A DNA stretch of 64,000 nucleotides, taken from Burkholderiales bacterium (GTDB lineage: Bacteria; Pseudomonadota; Gammaproteobacteria; Burkholderiales; Burkholderiaceae_C). The stretch lies in the NCBI GenBank assembly GCA_016185015.1, contig JACPOI010000004.1, positions 29,778 to 93,777 of the forward strand. Direction: 5' to 3'. The translations under genes were made by a program, and so were the position numbers. Below are positions 19,496 to 29,572 of this stretch, piece after piece. The first letter of the stretch is position 1. Each line of letters opens with the position of its first letter. The notes under the pieces are model-generated. The model searched no databases. It had not been told where the DNA came from and was given only the letters and a program-made list of their open reading frames with translations.

Positions 19496-20566
19496 ATGCA
19501 ATTGACGCCCACCCAAAAACGCACCCTGACCTGGTGCCTGATCGCCGCCCTGGTGACGCTGGTCCTGTGGTTGCTGGCGCCGGTGTTGACGCCCTTTGTG
19601 GTGGCGGCCGTGCTGGCCTATGTGCTGACCCCGCTGGTGGACAGGCTGGACTACCTTGGACGGGGTCGGATGCCGCGTGTGCTGGCGGTCCTGATCGTGG
19701 AAACCCTGTTCATCCTGATCCTGGTGTCCATCCTTCTGCTGGTCGTGCCGATCTTCGCCAAGGAACTGCCGCTGCTGCGCGAGCAACTGCCCCTGCTGGC
19801 CGATCGGGTCAACAGCGTGTTGAGCCCCTGGCTGGCCCAGTTCGGCATCAAGGTGTCGCTGGATGGCAAAAGCATCCACGCTTTTGTCGTCAAGTACCTC
19901 AATGCCAATGTCGAAGAGACGCTCGGCTCGGTCATGGCCTCGCTCAAACTGGGGGGCAGCGTGGCGCTTGCGATCATCGGCAATGTCGTGCTGATTCCCG
20001 TGGCCCTGTTCCTCCTGCTCAACGACTGGCGGAGTTTTGTGGCGCGTGTGGTTGCGCTGGTACCGCCGCGGATGCGGGCGGCCTATGACAGCTTCATGGA
20101 AGAAGCCGATGACGTGCTCGGCCAGTACCTGCGCGGCCAGTTGCTGGTGATGGGGGCGCTGACGGTCTATTTCAGCGGGGCGCTGGCCCTTTTCGGCTTT
20201 GACCTCGCCGTGCCGCTGGGGGTATTCACCGGCCTCGCGTTTTTCATCCCCTACCTGGGTTTCGGCCTGGGGCTGATCTTGGCCTTGCTGGCCGGTATGT
20301 TGCAGTTCGGCGGCCTGTACGGCGTGCTGGTGGTGGCGGGGGTGTATGGCGTCGGACAACTGGTTGAGAGTTTCTACCTCACACCGCGGCTGGTGGGGGA
20401 GCGCATCGGCCTGCATCCACTGGCCGTGATTTTCGCCTTGCTCGCCTTCGGGCAGGTCTTCGGTTTTCTGGGCCTGCTGATCGCCTTGCCGGCCAGTGCC
20501 GTGCTGCTGGTGGCCATCCGCCGTGTGCGGGCCAGTTACCTGGCCAGCAAGCTGTACCTGGGCTGA
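19496..20566 (+). CDS. AI-2E family transporter (PerM-like permease)
   Basis: 356 aa and polytopic, with the typical PFVVAAVLAYVLTPLVDRL N-terminal region. Confidence 0.85.
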   Translation: MQLTPTQKRTLTWCLIAALVTLVLWLLAPVLTPFVVAAVLAYVLTPLVDRLDYLGRGRMPRVLAVLIVETLFILILVSILLLVVPIFAKELPLLREQLPLLADRVNSVLSPWLAQFGIKVSLDGKSIHAFVVKYLNANVEETLGSVMASLKLGGSVALAIIGNVVLIPVALFLLLNDWRSFVARVVALVPPRMRAAYDSFMEEADDVLGQYLRGQLLVMGALTVYFSGALALFGFDLAVPLGVFTGLAFFIPYLGFGLGLILALLAGMLQFGGLYGVLVVAGVYGVGQLVESFYLTPRLVGERIGLHPLAVIFALLAFGQVFGFLGLLIALPASAVLLVAIRRVRASYLASKLYLG

Positions 20567-20582
20567 CGATGGCAGCGCAGGC

Positions 20583-21269
20583 ATGAAGCAGATCGCGCTG
20601 GACATCGGGCTGGGCAGTGGCCCGACCCTGGCCAATTTCATGGCGGGTCCCAACGAAGCGGTGCTGCGCCATCTCAAGCTGTGGGTGGGCGACGGTTCTA
20701 GCGCGGCCATGCGCTCGCCGGTGCCGACCTATCTCTGGGGTGCCTCGGGCAGCGGCAAGACCCACCTGCTCAAGGCCGTGCGCGAGGCCTTGCGCGAGCA
20801 GGGAGCCACGGTGGGCTGGCTCGATGCCTCGGTGGCCGAGCCGCCGCCCTTCGACGAACGCTGGGCTGCCGTGCTGCTGGACGACGTGCAGCTCTACACC
20901 GCGGTGCAGCAGCACGCAGCCTTCAACTGGTTCGTACACGCGCAGACCGGCCACCAATGGGTGCTGGCCGCCGGGGCGACGCCGCCGGCCGATCTGAAGC
21001 TGCGCGAGGACCTGCGCACCCGCCTGGGTTGGGGCCATGTCTATGGCCTGCAGGTGCTCAGCGAGGCCGAGCGCCGCGCCGTGCTGCGCCAGGCGGCAGA
21101 CGCGCGCGGCATCTTCCTGGGCGACGAGATCATGGACTTCATGCTCACGCGCTTCAGCCGCGATCTGGGCAGCCTGATGCAGTTGCTCGACCACCTGGAC
21201 GGCTACGCCCTGCAGACCCAGCGCGCCATCACGATCCCGCTGATCAAGGCGATGCTTCAAGAGATATGA
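20583..21269 (+). CDS. hda: DnaA regulatory inactivator Hda (HdaA/DnaA family)
   Basis: The ATG at 20583 gives MKQIALDIGL...YLWGASGSGKTHLLKA (Walker A). It ends in a short AAA+ Hda-like C-terminus. Confidence 0.8.
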   Translation: MKQIALDIGLGSGPTLANFMAGPNEAVLRHLKLWVGDGSSAAMRSPVPTYLWGASGSGKTHLLKAVREALREQGATVGWLDASVAEPPPFDERWAAVLLDDVQLYTAVQQHAAFNWFVHAQTGHQWVLAAGATPPADLKLREDLRTRLGWGHVYGLQVLSEAERRAVLRQAADARGIFLGDEIMDFMLTRFSRDLGSLMQLLDHLDGYALQTQRAITIPLIKAMLQEI

Positions 21270-21946
21270 CCCACAAGACCAAGCTGGCCCTGTTCGACCT
21301 GGACCACACCCTGCTGCCGATCGACTCCGACTACTCCTGGGGCACTTTCACCACCACCATCGGCTGGACCGACCCGGTCGAGTTTGCGCGGCGCAACGAT
21401 GAGTTCTACGCCCACTACCAGGCCGGCACGCTGGACGTGCACGACTATGTGCGCTTTGCCACCGAGGCTGCCCGCCTCAAGGGCCCCGAGGCGGCGCTGG
21501 CGGCGCGCGAGCGTTTCATGCGCGAGGTCATTGCGCCGGCCATGCGCCCACCGGCGCAGGAACTGGTGCGCCGGCACAAAGACGCAGGTGACGAAGTGCT
21601 GATCATCACCGCCACCAACGAGTTCGTCACGCGCCCGATCGCCGACGCCTTCGGTGTGGCGCAGCTGATCGCCGTCGAGCTCGAGCGTGACGCCAGCGGC
21701 TGGATCACCGGCGAGATCCGCGGCACGCCCTCTTTCCGCGACGGCAAGGTCCGGCGTTTTGGCGAGTGGCTGGCTGCGCGCGGGCTGCATCGCCATGAAA
21801 CCGAGGTCACTTTCTACTCGGATTCGATCAACGACCTGCCACTGATGGACAATGTGGACCATCCGGTGGCCACCAACCCCGACGACCGCCTGCGCGCCCT
21901 GGCTCTGGAGCGCGGCTGGCGGGTACTGGAACTCTTTACGCAATGA
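21266..21946 (+). CDS. HAD-IB family hydrolase
   Basis: The ATG at 21266 overlaps the hda TGA (ATGA). It has the HAD motif I LALFDLDHTLLPIDSD and a C-terminal YSDSINDLPLM. Confidence 0.8.
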   Translation: MTHKTKLALFDLDHTLLPIDSDYSWGTFTTTIGWTDPVEFARRNDEFYAHYQAGTLDVHDYVRFATEAARLKGPEAALAARERFMREVIAPAMRPPAQELVRRHKDAGDEVLIITATNEFVTRPIADAFGVAQLIAVELERDASGWITGEIRGTPSFRDGKVRRFGEWLAARGLHRHETEVTFYSDSINDLPLMDNVDHPVATNPDDRLRALALERGWRVLELFTQ

Positions 21947-23493
21947 TCAAGAAAATCATCAACAAGCTGCTGGGCAAGTCGAACGCTGCCCAGCCCGCCT
22001 TCGGCAAACGCCAGGAAATCGGCGCTGCCGAGCACGGCATCGATCCGGCCCTGGTCGACAAGCGTGCGCTGGACGTGGTGCACACCCTCCAGGATGCCGG
22101 CTTCGAGGCCTACATCGTGGGCGGCGCCGTGCGCGACCTGCTGGTCGGCCTGCGGCCCAAGGACTTCGACGTTGCGACCGACGCGACCCCCGAGCAGGTC
22201 AAGGGCCTGTTCCGCCGCGCCTTCATCATCGGGCGACGCTTTCGCATCGTCCACGTGGTTTACGGCCGCTGGCGTGAGCACGAGGTGATCGAGGTCTCCA
22301 CCTTCCGTGCCTACATGGACAACGCCGCCGCCGAGCAGGTCGCCGGCAACGAGCGCACCAGCAAGAGCGAACTGGCCGGTATGAAACATGCCGTGGACTC
22401 GACGGGGCGCGTGCTGCGCGACAACGTCTGGGGCCCGCAGGACGAGGACGCCACGCGCCGCGACTTCACCATCAACGCCATGTATTACGACCCGGAAACG
22501 CAGGTCGTGGTCGACTACCACGGCGGCCTCAAGGATGCGAAGAAGCGCGTGCTGCGCATGATCGGCGACCCGGTGGCGCGCTACCGCGAGGACCCGGTGC
22601 GCATCATCCGCGCCGTGCGTTTCGCCGCCAAGCTCAGCCCCCTGGGCTTCAAGCTGGAAGCCAAGACGGCCAAGCCGCTGACCCAGTCCAAGGCCCTGCT
22701 GGCCGACGTGCCGCAGAGCCGCCTGTTCGACGAGATGCTCAAGCTGCTGCAGACTGGCCACGCCCTGGCCACGGTGGAGCAGCTCAAGATCCTGGGCCTG
22801 TCGCGCGGCATCTACCCGCTGCTGGACCTGGTGGTCGAGCGGGCCGCCGAACCCTTCGTGAAGGCCGCCCTGGAAGACACCGACCGCCGTGTGGGCGAGG
22901 GCAAGCCGGTGGCGCCGAGTTTCCTGCTGGCCTGCGTGCTCTGGTCCGACGTGCGCGAGGGCTGGGCCGAGCGCATCAAGCAGCGCCAGCATGCGCACCC
23001 GGCGCTGCAGGACGCCATCGACGATGTCTTCAATGCCCGCATCGGTGACGTCTCGGGCCGCGGCAAGCTCGCCGCCGACATGCGCGAGATCTGGATGATG
23101 CAGCCGCGCTTCGACAAGCGCGTGGGCAGCGCGGCCTATGGCCTGGTCGAGCAGCCGCGCTTTCGTGCCGGCTTTGACTTCATGCGCCTGCGCGCCGATG
23201 TCGGCGAGATCGACGTGGTGCTGGCCGACTGGTGGCAGGAGTTCAGTACCGGCGACGACAACCTGCGCCAGGACCTGATCGACCAGGTGCGCGAGGAGCA
23301 GACGCGTCAGCGCGCGCAGGCACCGCGTCAGCCGGCAGCACGCACAGCCAGCGCTGAACGCCAGCCCGCTGCACCGCGCGCCCCAGAGGCCGAGTCGCCC
23401 GCTGAGGACGGCGCCGCACCCAAGAAGCGTCGCCGGCGTCGTCGTTCCGGCGCGAAGAAACCCGGTGACGGCGCGCCGGACGCCGGGACGTGA
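21943..23493 (+). CDS. pcnB: polynucleotide adenylyltransferase (poly(A) polymerase I)
   Basis: 516 aa with [31 protein letters not shown] and RRFRIVHV, plus a basic KKRRRRRR tail. Confidence 0.92.
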   Translation: MIKKIINKLLGKSNAAQPAFGKRQEIGAAEHGIDPALVDKRALDVVHTLQDAGFEAYIVGGAVRDLLVGLRPKDFDVATDATPEQVKGLFRRAFIIGRRFRIVHVVYGRWREHEVIEVSTFRAYMDNAAAEQVAGNERTSKSELAGMKHAVDSTGRVLRDNVWGPQDEDATRRDFTINAMYYDPETQVVVDYHGGLKDAKKRVLRMIGDPVARYREDPVRIIRAVRFAAKLSPLGFKLEAKTAKPLTQSKALLADVPQSRLFDEMLKLLQTGHALATVEQLKILGLSRGIYPLLDLVVERAAEPFVKAALEDTDRRVGEGKPVAPSFLLACVLWSDVREGWAERIKQRQHAHPALQDAIDDVFNARIGDVSGRGKLAADMREIWMMQPRFDKRVGSAAYGLVEQPRFRAGFDFMRLRADVGEIDVVLADWWQEFSTGDDNLRQDLIDQVREEQTRQRAQAPRQPAARTASAERQPAAPRAPEAESPAEDGAAPKKRRRRRRSGAKKPGDGAPDAGT

Positions 23494-23975
23494 ACACCGC
23501 CCCCGGCGCTCCGGTGACGGCCTATGTCGCACTGGGCGCCAATCTGGGGGACGCACCGGCCACCTTGCGCCAGGCGCTGAACGACCTGGGAACCTTGCCG
23601 CACACGCGGCTGGTGCGCGCTTCGTCCTTGTACCGCAGCGCGCCGGTCGATTCCTCGGGGCCGGACTACGTCAATGCCGTGGCCGAGTTGTCCACGGCGC
23701 TGGGACCTTACGACTTGCTGGCCAGGCTGCAAGGCCTGGAACAGGCCGCCGGTCGCGAGCGCCCCTGGCACAACGCCCCGCGCACGCTGGACCTGGACAT
23801 CCTGCTCTATGGTGAGTTGCGGCAGGATGACCCGCTGCTGACCGTGCCGCATCCGCGTATGCTGGAGCGCGCTTTTGTGCTTCTGCCCCTGGCAGAAATC
23901 GCTCCGAGCCTCGTCAGTGCGGCGCAATTGCTCAAGGTCGAAACGCAGGTGATTTCGCGTCTGGCCGACCGGTGA
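23490..23975 (+). CDS. folK: 2-amino-4-hydroxy-6-hydroxymethyldihydropteridine diphosphokinase
   Basis: 161 aa. The GTG start overlaps the pcnB TGA. It reads [11 protein letters not shown]...LYRSAPV...[12 protein letters not shown]...[21 protein letters not shown]. Confidence 0.9.
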   Translation: MNTAPGAPVTAYVALGANLGDAPATLRQALNDLGTLPHTRLVRASSLYRSAPVDSSGPDYVNAVAELSTALGPYDLLARLQGLEQAAGRERPWHNAPRTLDLDILLYGELRQDDPLLTVPHPRMLERAFVLLPLAEIAPSLVSAAQLLKVETQVISRLADR

Positions 23976-24027
23976 AGCGGCGGGGTCGCCGCACTAGAAT
24001 GGGGCGATCAGTCATCAGGACATTGCG

Positions 24028-25773
24028 ATGAACTTCAGAAACATGCACGTGGCGACCAAGCTCTGGCTGGCGGTCGCCGTCATCATCATTTCCCTCACCG
24101 TTCTGATCGCTTTTGCCGCCCTGCGCTCGGCCCGCCTGCAGGCGGAAAGCGAAAGCACCGTGCGTGCGCTCAATAGCCGGGTCAATCTGGCCAGCAGCTG
24201 GGCGGGCCTGACCGAAGCCAATGCGGCGCGTACGGTGGCCATGATCCTGACCTTTGACCCGGGCGTCGAAAGCCGCATGGGCGAGGACATCAAGGCCACC
24301 ACGGCGCGCATTTCCAAGGTGCAGCAATCCATTGAAGCCATGGATCTGAGCGCCGAGGAAAAGGCGCAGATGGACAAGATTGCGAACCATCGCAAGTCCA
24401 TGATCGACGTGCGCAACCAGGCCCAGAAAGCCAAGGCGGCAGGCGACAGCGAAGGCGCGCAGAAGATCGTGAATGAACAGTACACGCCGGCGGTCAACGC
24501 CTACGTGGCCACGCTGCACGAACTGGTGGCGCTGGAAGAGCGCGCCGAAAAGAGCTACACGGAAGAGGTGGCCCTGGCCCGCGGCCTCACCATCAAGATC
24601 GCCGGTATCGCCGTCGCCGTCATCCTGGCGGCCATCCTGGCCGGGGCGATGGTGCTGATCCGCTCCATCCGCGAGCCCCTGCGCGAGGCCAACGAACTGG
24701 CCTCGCGGATCGCCCAGGGCGACCTGAGCGCGCGCATCGACACCTCGCGCGGTGACGAATTCGGTGATCTCATGAAATCGCTGGCACGCATGAACGATTC
24801 GCTGGCGCAGATGGTGCAGCAGGTGCGCCAGAGCACCGACAGCATCGCCACCGCCAGCGCCGAGATCGCCACCGGCAACCACGACCTGTCGGTGCGGACC
24901 GAGCAGACCTCCAGCAACCTGCAGTCCACGGCTTCGGCCATGGAGGAGCTGACCAGCACGGTCTCCCACAGTGCCGACAATGCGCGCCAGGCCTCGCAGC
25001 TGGCCTCCAGTGCCTCCACCGTGGCGCAAAAAGGCGGAACGGTGGTGCAGGAGGTGGTCGCCACCATGGGCGAGATCAACGCCAGCAGCAAGAAGATTTC
25101 CGACATCATCGGCGTGATCGACGGTATCGCGTTCCAGACCAACATCCTGGCGCTCAATGCCGCGGTGGAAGCAGCTCGGGCCGGCGAGCAGGGGCGTGGT
25201 TTTGCCGTGGTGGCCGGCGAGGTGCGCTCACTGGCCGGACGCAGCGCCGAAGCCGCCAAGGAGATCAAGGCGTTGATCAATACGTCGGTGCAGAAGGTGG
25301 ACTCTGGTGCACGCTTGGTCGGTCAGGCCGGCGACACCATGAACGAGATCGTGCAGTCGGTGCGTCGTGTGGCCGATGTGATCAGCGAGATCACCGCCGC
25401 TGCCGGCGAGCAGAGCACCGGCATCGCCCAGGTCAACACCTCGATCGCCAACCTCGACCAGATGACCCAGCAGAACGCCGCCCTGGTGGAGCAGAGCGCT
25501 GCCGCAGCGCAAAGCATGCGCGAACAGGCCGATCAGCTGGCCCAGGCCGTGGCGGTGTTCAAGCTGGCAGGCCATGCGACGGCGGCTACACAGCGTTCCG
25601 TGCAAGGTCCGCGACCGTCAGTTGCCCTGCCGCGTCCTGCGGTCACTGCCCCCAGGGCAGCGCCTGCGAGGCTGGCGCCCGCCAAGGCGCATGCGGCCTT
25701 GCCGCCTGCCATGCCGGCAGCTTCAGCTGCCCCGGCCAAGGCCGGCGGCGACCAGGAGTGGGAAACCTTCTGA
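24028..25773 (+). CDS. methyl-accepting chemotaxis protein (4-helix-bundle sensor, HAMP, signalling domain)
   Basis: 581 aa with a signalling hairpin [29 protein letters not shown] long Pro/Ala linker ends in the pentapeptide EWETF. Confidence 0.9.
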   Translation: MNFRNMHVATKLWLAVAVIIISLTVLIAFAALRSARLQAESESTVRALNSRVNLASSWAGLTEANAARTVAMILTFDPGVESRMGEDIKATTARISKVQQSIEAMDLSAEEKAQMDKIANHRKSMIDVRNQAQKAKAAGDSEGAQKIVNEQYTPAVNAYVATLHELVALEERAEKSYTEEVALARGLTIKIAGIAVAVILAAILAGAMVLIRSIREPLREANELASRIAQGDLSARIDTSRGDEFGDLMKSLARMNDSLAQMVQQVRQSTDSIATASAEIATGNHDLSVRTEQTSSNLQSTASAMEELTSTVSHSADNARQASQLASSASTVAQKGGTVVQEVVATMGEINASSKKISDIIGVIDGIAFQTNILALNAAVEAARAGEQGRGFAVVAGEVRSLAGRSAEAAKEIKALINTSVQKVDSGARLVGQAGDTMNEIVQSVRRVADVISEITAAAGEQSTGIAQVNTSIANLDQMTQQNAALVEQSAAAAQSMREQADQLAQAVAVFKLAGHATAATQRSVQGPRPSVALPRPAVTAPRAAPARLAPAKAHAALPPAMPAASAAPAKAGGDQEWETF

Positions 25774-25798
25774 CCGGCGTCATCCGGCGTTTTCATCG

Positions 25799-25828
25799 GG
25801 GGCCTGCGCTGCAGGCCCCTGGCGTTTT
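25799..25828. terminator. hairpin terminator between the convergent MCP and RidA genes
   Basis: GGGGCCTGC-GCT-GCAGGCCCC (9-bp stem) is followed by TGGCGTTTT. Confidence 0.55.
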
Positions 25829-26283
25829 CACTCCACCTCGGCGATCAGCTCGATCTCCACACAGGCGCCCAGCGGAATCTGCGCCACGCCAAAGGCGCTG
25901 CGCGCGTGCGCGCCCTGTTCGCCGAAGACCTGACCCAGCAGTTCGCTGGCGCCATTGGTCACCAGGTGCTGCTCGGTGTAGTCCGGCGTGGAGTTGACCA
26001 GGGACATGAGCTTGACGATGCGCTTGACGCGCTGGAGATCACCCACGGCCGCCTGCAGCGTACCCATGAGGTCGATGGCCACGGCGCGCGCCGCGGCCTT
26101 GCCCTCTTCGGTGTTCATGGTCTTGCCGAACTGGCCGACCCAGGGCTTGCCGTCCTTCTTGGCGATGTGCCCACTCAGGAAGACCAGCTTGCCGGTCTGC
26201 ACATAGGGGACATAGGCGGCCGCCGGCGTGGCCACCGGGGGCAGGGTGATGCCAAGTTGCTTGAGTTTGTCGTTGATGCTCAT
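25828..26283 (-). CDS. RidA family protein (YjgF/L-PSP)
   Basis: The ATG at 26281-26283 gives MSINDKLKQLGITLPPVATPAAAYVPYVQTGKLVFLSGH and ends ARSAFGVAQIPLGACVEIELIAEV. Confidence 0.85.
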   Translation of the reverse strand: MSINDKLKQLGITLPPVATPAAAYVPYVQTGKLVFLSGHIAKKDGKPWVGQFGKTMNTEEGKAAARAVAIDLMGTLQAAVGDLQRVKRIVKLMSLVNSTPDYTEQHLVTNGASELLGQVFGEQGAHARSAFGVAQIPLGACVEIELIAEVE

Positions 26284-26366
26284 GGGGACTCCAGGGGGAT
26301 GAAAGCAAAGCGCGTCATTGTCGGTTATTGTTGCTGCCGGGTCTGCCGCCCACATGAATTGCACGC

Positions 26367-28385
26367 ATGACGAACCCGTTTGCCAACCTCCCGCGTGACA
26401 GTCGCGACACCCTGTTCCTGCTGGCCGTGATCGCCTGGGTCCTGCTGCCGCATGCCGGTCACCTGCCCTGGTGGTGCAGCGCCATGGCTGCGGGCATGCT
26501 GGCCTGGCGTGGCTGGCTGGCCTTCACGCTGCGTCCGCTGCCGGGCCGCTGGTGGCTGCTGGCGGCCCTGGTGTTGACCGTGGGCGCGACCTGGGCCACC
26601 CACCGCACGCTGCTGGGGCGCGACGCCGGCGTGACGCTGATCGTGGTGTTGCTGGCGCTCAAGACCCTGGAACTGCGCGCGCGGCGCGATGCCTTCGTGG
26701 TCTTTTTCCTCGGCTTCTTCACGATGCTGACGAACTTCTTCTACTCGCAGTCCCTGCCCACGGCAGCCGCCATGCTGCTCGGGTTGATGGGCCTGCTGAC
26801 CGCGCTGGTCAACAGCCACATGCCGGCGGGCCGGCCCTCGCTGTGGCAGTCGGCGCGCATGGCCACGCGCATGACGCTGCTGGGCGCCCCCATCATGGTG
26901 CTGCTGTTCCTGCTGTTCCCGCGCCTGTCGCCCCTGTGGGGCACGCCGGGTGACGCCCTGAGCGGGCGTAGCGGCCTGTCGCAGCGCATGCAGGTGGGCA
27001 ACATCGCCAGCCTGGCGCTGGACGACAGCGTGGCTCTGCGACTGCGCTTCGAGGAGGGTTCCCCGCAGCCGCTGCAGGGCACGCTGTATTTCCGCGGGCC
27101 GGTGCTTTCCACCTTCGATGGGCGCGAATGGCTGCCCCTGCAGGCCAGCTTCCCGCCGTCCATGCAGCCGCGGGCCGACCTGCAGGTGCGCGGGGCGCCG
27201 CTGCGCTACGAGGTCACGCTGGAGCCACACAACCGTCCCTGGCTGCTCACGCTGGACGCCACTGCCGTGGCACCCGAACTGCCGGGCGATCTGGTGGCGC
27301 GCATGAGCGAGGAATTGCAGTGGCGCGCCAGCAGCCCCGTCAACGACCTGCTGCGGTACCGGGCACAGAGCCATACCGACTTCCGCCATGGCCCGCAGCG
27401 CATGCTGGCCAGCCTGCAGGACTACACGAGCTTGCCGCGTGGTTTCAACCCGCGCACCCTGCAGTGGGCGATGGAGCTCAGCCGTGAAACCGGCAACGAC
27501 CCAGTGGCGTTGATCAACCGCGTCCTGAACCATCTGCGCACGGGGGGCTACACCTACACGCTGGAGCCCGGCGAATACGGCCAGCACACGGCCGACGAAT
27601 TCTGGTTCGACCGCAAGCTGGGGTTCTGCGAGCACCTGGCCTCGGCCTTTGTCGTGGTGATGCGCGCGGCCGGCATCCCGGCGCGCATCGTCACCGGCTA
27701 CCAGGGCGGCGAGCGCAATGCGGTCGACAATTTCTGGGTGGTGCGCCAGAGCGACGCCCATGCCTGGACCGAAGTCTGGCTGGCCGGCCAGGGCTGGCTG
27801 CGGGTGGACCCGACCGCGGCCGTCTCGCCCGGGCGCATCGGCTCCCTGCAGCGCCTGGCGGCGCCACGCGGCGCTGTCGCCACCGCGGTGGGCAATGTCA
27901 TCAGCCCGACCTTCGTACAGAACGTGCGGGCTGTGTGGGAGGCCGTCAACAATGCCTGGAACCAGCGGGTGCTGAACTACACGCAGAGTCGCCAGCTCAA
28001 TCTGTTGCGCGCGCTGGGTTTCGAGGCGCCGAGCTGGGAAGACCTGGGCCTGTTGCTGCTGGGCGCCCTGGTCACGGCCAGCCTGGGCGGTGCACTGTGG
28101 ACGCGCTGGGAGCGCCGGCGCCAGGACCCCTGGCTGCGCCTGCTTGAGCGTGTGCGTAGCCGCTTGCAGCACGAAGGTCAGCCCCTGGGTGCGGCGGTGA
28201 CACCACGCGAGATGGCGGCGCGGCTGGCGCAAATGCATGATCCCAAGGACAATCGGGTGCAGGCCATCCAGGCTTGGTTGCAGCGCTATGAGCAGTTGCG
28301 TTATGCGCCGCGCCGCGGGCGCGGCAGCAGCAGCGACCTGGCGGCCTTGCGACGCGAACTGAAAGAATTGAGCTGGCCCACGTGA
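26367..28385 (+). CDS. TgpA-like transglutaminase family membrane protein (DUF3488, transglutaminase core, DUF4129)
   Basis: 672 aa. It has an N-terminal polytopic region and the catalytic-Cys block DRKLGFCEHLASAFVVVMRAAGIPARIVTGYQGGE with the downstream HAWTEVW. Confidence 0.85.
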   Translation: MTNPFANLPRDSRDTLFLLAVIAWVLLPHAGHLPWWCSAMAAGMLAWRGWLAFTLRPLPGRWWLLAALVLTVGATWATHRTLLGRDAGVTLIVVLLALKTLELRARRDAFVVFFLGFFTMLTNFFYSQSLPTAAAMLLGLMGLLTALVNSHMPAGRPSLWQSARMATRMTLLGAPIMVLLFLLFPRLSPLWGTPGDALSGRSGLSQRMQVGNIASLALDDSVALRLRFEEGSPQPLQGTLYFRGPVLSTFDGREWLPLQASFPPSMQPRADLQVRGAPLRYEVTLEPHNRPWLLTLDATAVAPELPGDLVARMSEELQWRASSPVNDLLRYRAQSHTDFRHGPQRMLASLQDYTSLPRGFNPRTLQWAMELSRETGNDPVALINRVLNHLRTGGYTYTLEPGEYGQHTADEFWFDRKLGFCEHLASAFVVVMRAAGIPARIVTGYQGGERNAVDNFWVVRQSDAHAWTEVWLAGQGWLRVDPTAAVSPGRIGSLQRLAAPRGAVATAVGNVISPTFVQNVRAVWEAVNNAWNQRVLNYTQSRQLNLLRALGFEAPSWEDLGLLLLGALVTASLGGALWTRWERRRQDPWLRLLERVRSRLQHEGQPLGAAVTPREMAARLAQMHDPKDNRVQAIQAWLQRYEQLRYAPRRGRGSSSDLAALRRELKELSWPT

Positions 28386-29572
28386 GCAAACGACAACCGA
28401 CCTTCCTGCTGCTGACGGCCCTGCTGTTCCTGCTGTCCTGCCTGCTCCCAACCCAGGCCGCCACAGCCAAGAAGCCCCGTCTCAAGCGCGTGCAGGACAC
28501 GGCCGTCACCCTGATCGAAGGCAGCGGCCCGCCCTATGCCGGCCGCCCCGAGGCCATGGTGCTGGCCGACGAGATCGCCGAGCGCCACGGCCTGGACCGC
28601 AAGTGGGTGCGCCGCACCCTGGGCAAGGCCCGTCAGGTGCCCCAGGTGGTCAAGCTCGTGGTCCCGCCACCGGTGACAACGCCACGCAACTGGCAGCAGT
28701 ACCGCAGCCGCTTTCTGGAGGCGGAACGCATCCAGGCCGGCGTGGCCTTCTGGCAAACCCATCGCGAACTGCTGGAGCGTGCCAGCAGCACCTACGGTGT
28801 GCCCGCCGAGATCATCATCGGCATCATCGGCGTGGAGACCTACTACGGCCGCCACATGGGCCGCTATCGCGTGCTGGACGCCCTGGCCACACTGGCGTTC
28901 GACTTCCCGCAGGAGCATCCCCGCGCAGCGCAGCGCACGGCGTTCTTTCGTGCCGAGCTTGGCGAATTCCTGAAGCTGCGCCAGCAGGCCGGTGCCGACC
29001 CCTTCAAGGCGCGCGGAAGTTATGCGGGCGCCATGGGCATTCCTCAGTTCATGCCGTCCAGCTGGGCGCGCCACGCCGTGGACTTCGACGGCGATGGCCG
29101 TGTGGACCTGGTCGACAGCACGGCCGATGCCATCGGTTCGGTCGCCAGCTATTTCAAGGCGCATCACTGGCGGCCCGGCATGCCCACCCACTACCCGGTG
29201 GAGTTCGACTACGAGCGCCTGGACATGCCGACCCTGCTGGCACCCGACATCAAGCCAACCTTCCCGGTAGAGCAGTTCACGGCCAATGGCATCTTGCTGG
29301 GCGCCGCTGGCCGCGGGCATGCGGGCCCACTGGCCCTGGTGGAACTGCAGAACGGTGACTATTCGCCCAGCTATGTGGCCGGCACGGACAACTTCTACGT
29401 CGTCACGCGCTACAACTGGAGCAGTTATTACGCGCTGGCCGTGATCGAGCTCGGGCAGGCGGTGGCGTCAGCGCTGCCAGCCAAGGGCCTTCAGGCCAGC
29501 ACCACGCCTTCGAACACAGGGTGCAGCGTATCGACCCAGAGGTCCACTTCGGACGCGCCGATCTGCAGATAG
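28382..29572 (+). CDS. mltB: lytic murein transglycosylase B
   Basis: 396 aa. The GTG start overlaps the upstream TGA. It has a signal peptide and reads GVPAEIIIGIIGVETYYGRHMG, GSYAGAMGIPQFMPSSW and YNWSSYYALAV. Confidence 0.85.
   Translation: MSKRQPTFLLLTALLFLLSCLLPTQAATAKKPRLKRVQDTAVTLIEGSGPPYAGRPEAMVLADEIAERHGLDRKWVRRTLGKARQVPQVVKLVVPPPVTTPRNWQQYRSRFLEAERIQAGVAFWQTHRELLERASSTYGVPAEIIIGIIGVETYYGRHMGRYRVLDALATLAFDFPQEHPRAAQRTAFFRAELGEFLKLRQQAGADPFKARGSYAGAMGIPQFMPSSWARHAVDFDGDGRVDLVDSTADAIGSVASYFKAHHWRPGMPTHYPVEFDYERLDMPTLLAPDIKPTFPVEQFTANGILLGAAGRGHAGPLALVELQNGDYSPSYVAGTDNFYVVTRYNWSSYYALAVIELGQAVASALPAKGLQASTTPSNTGCSVSTQRSTSDAPICR

Noticed and set aside
26284-26366. Inverted repeats at the two putative inversion breakpoints (26.3 kb and 33.0 kb) that could have mediated the TgpA-ComEC segment inversion.
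   Set aside because: Only a 10-nt shared string (TGCCGGGTCT) was found, and it is in direct orientation. That is insufficient to claim a recombination substrate, so the inversion idea rests on gene order alone.
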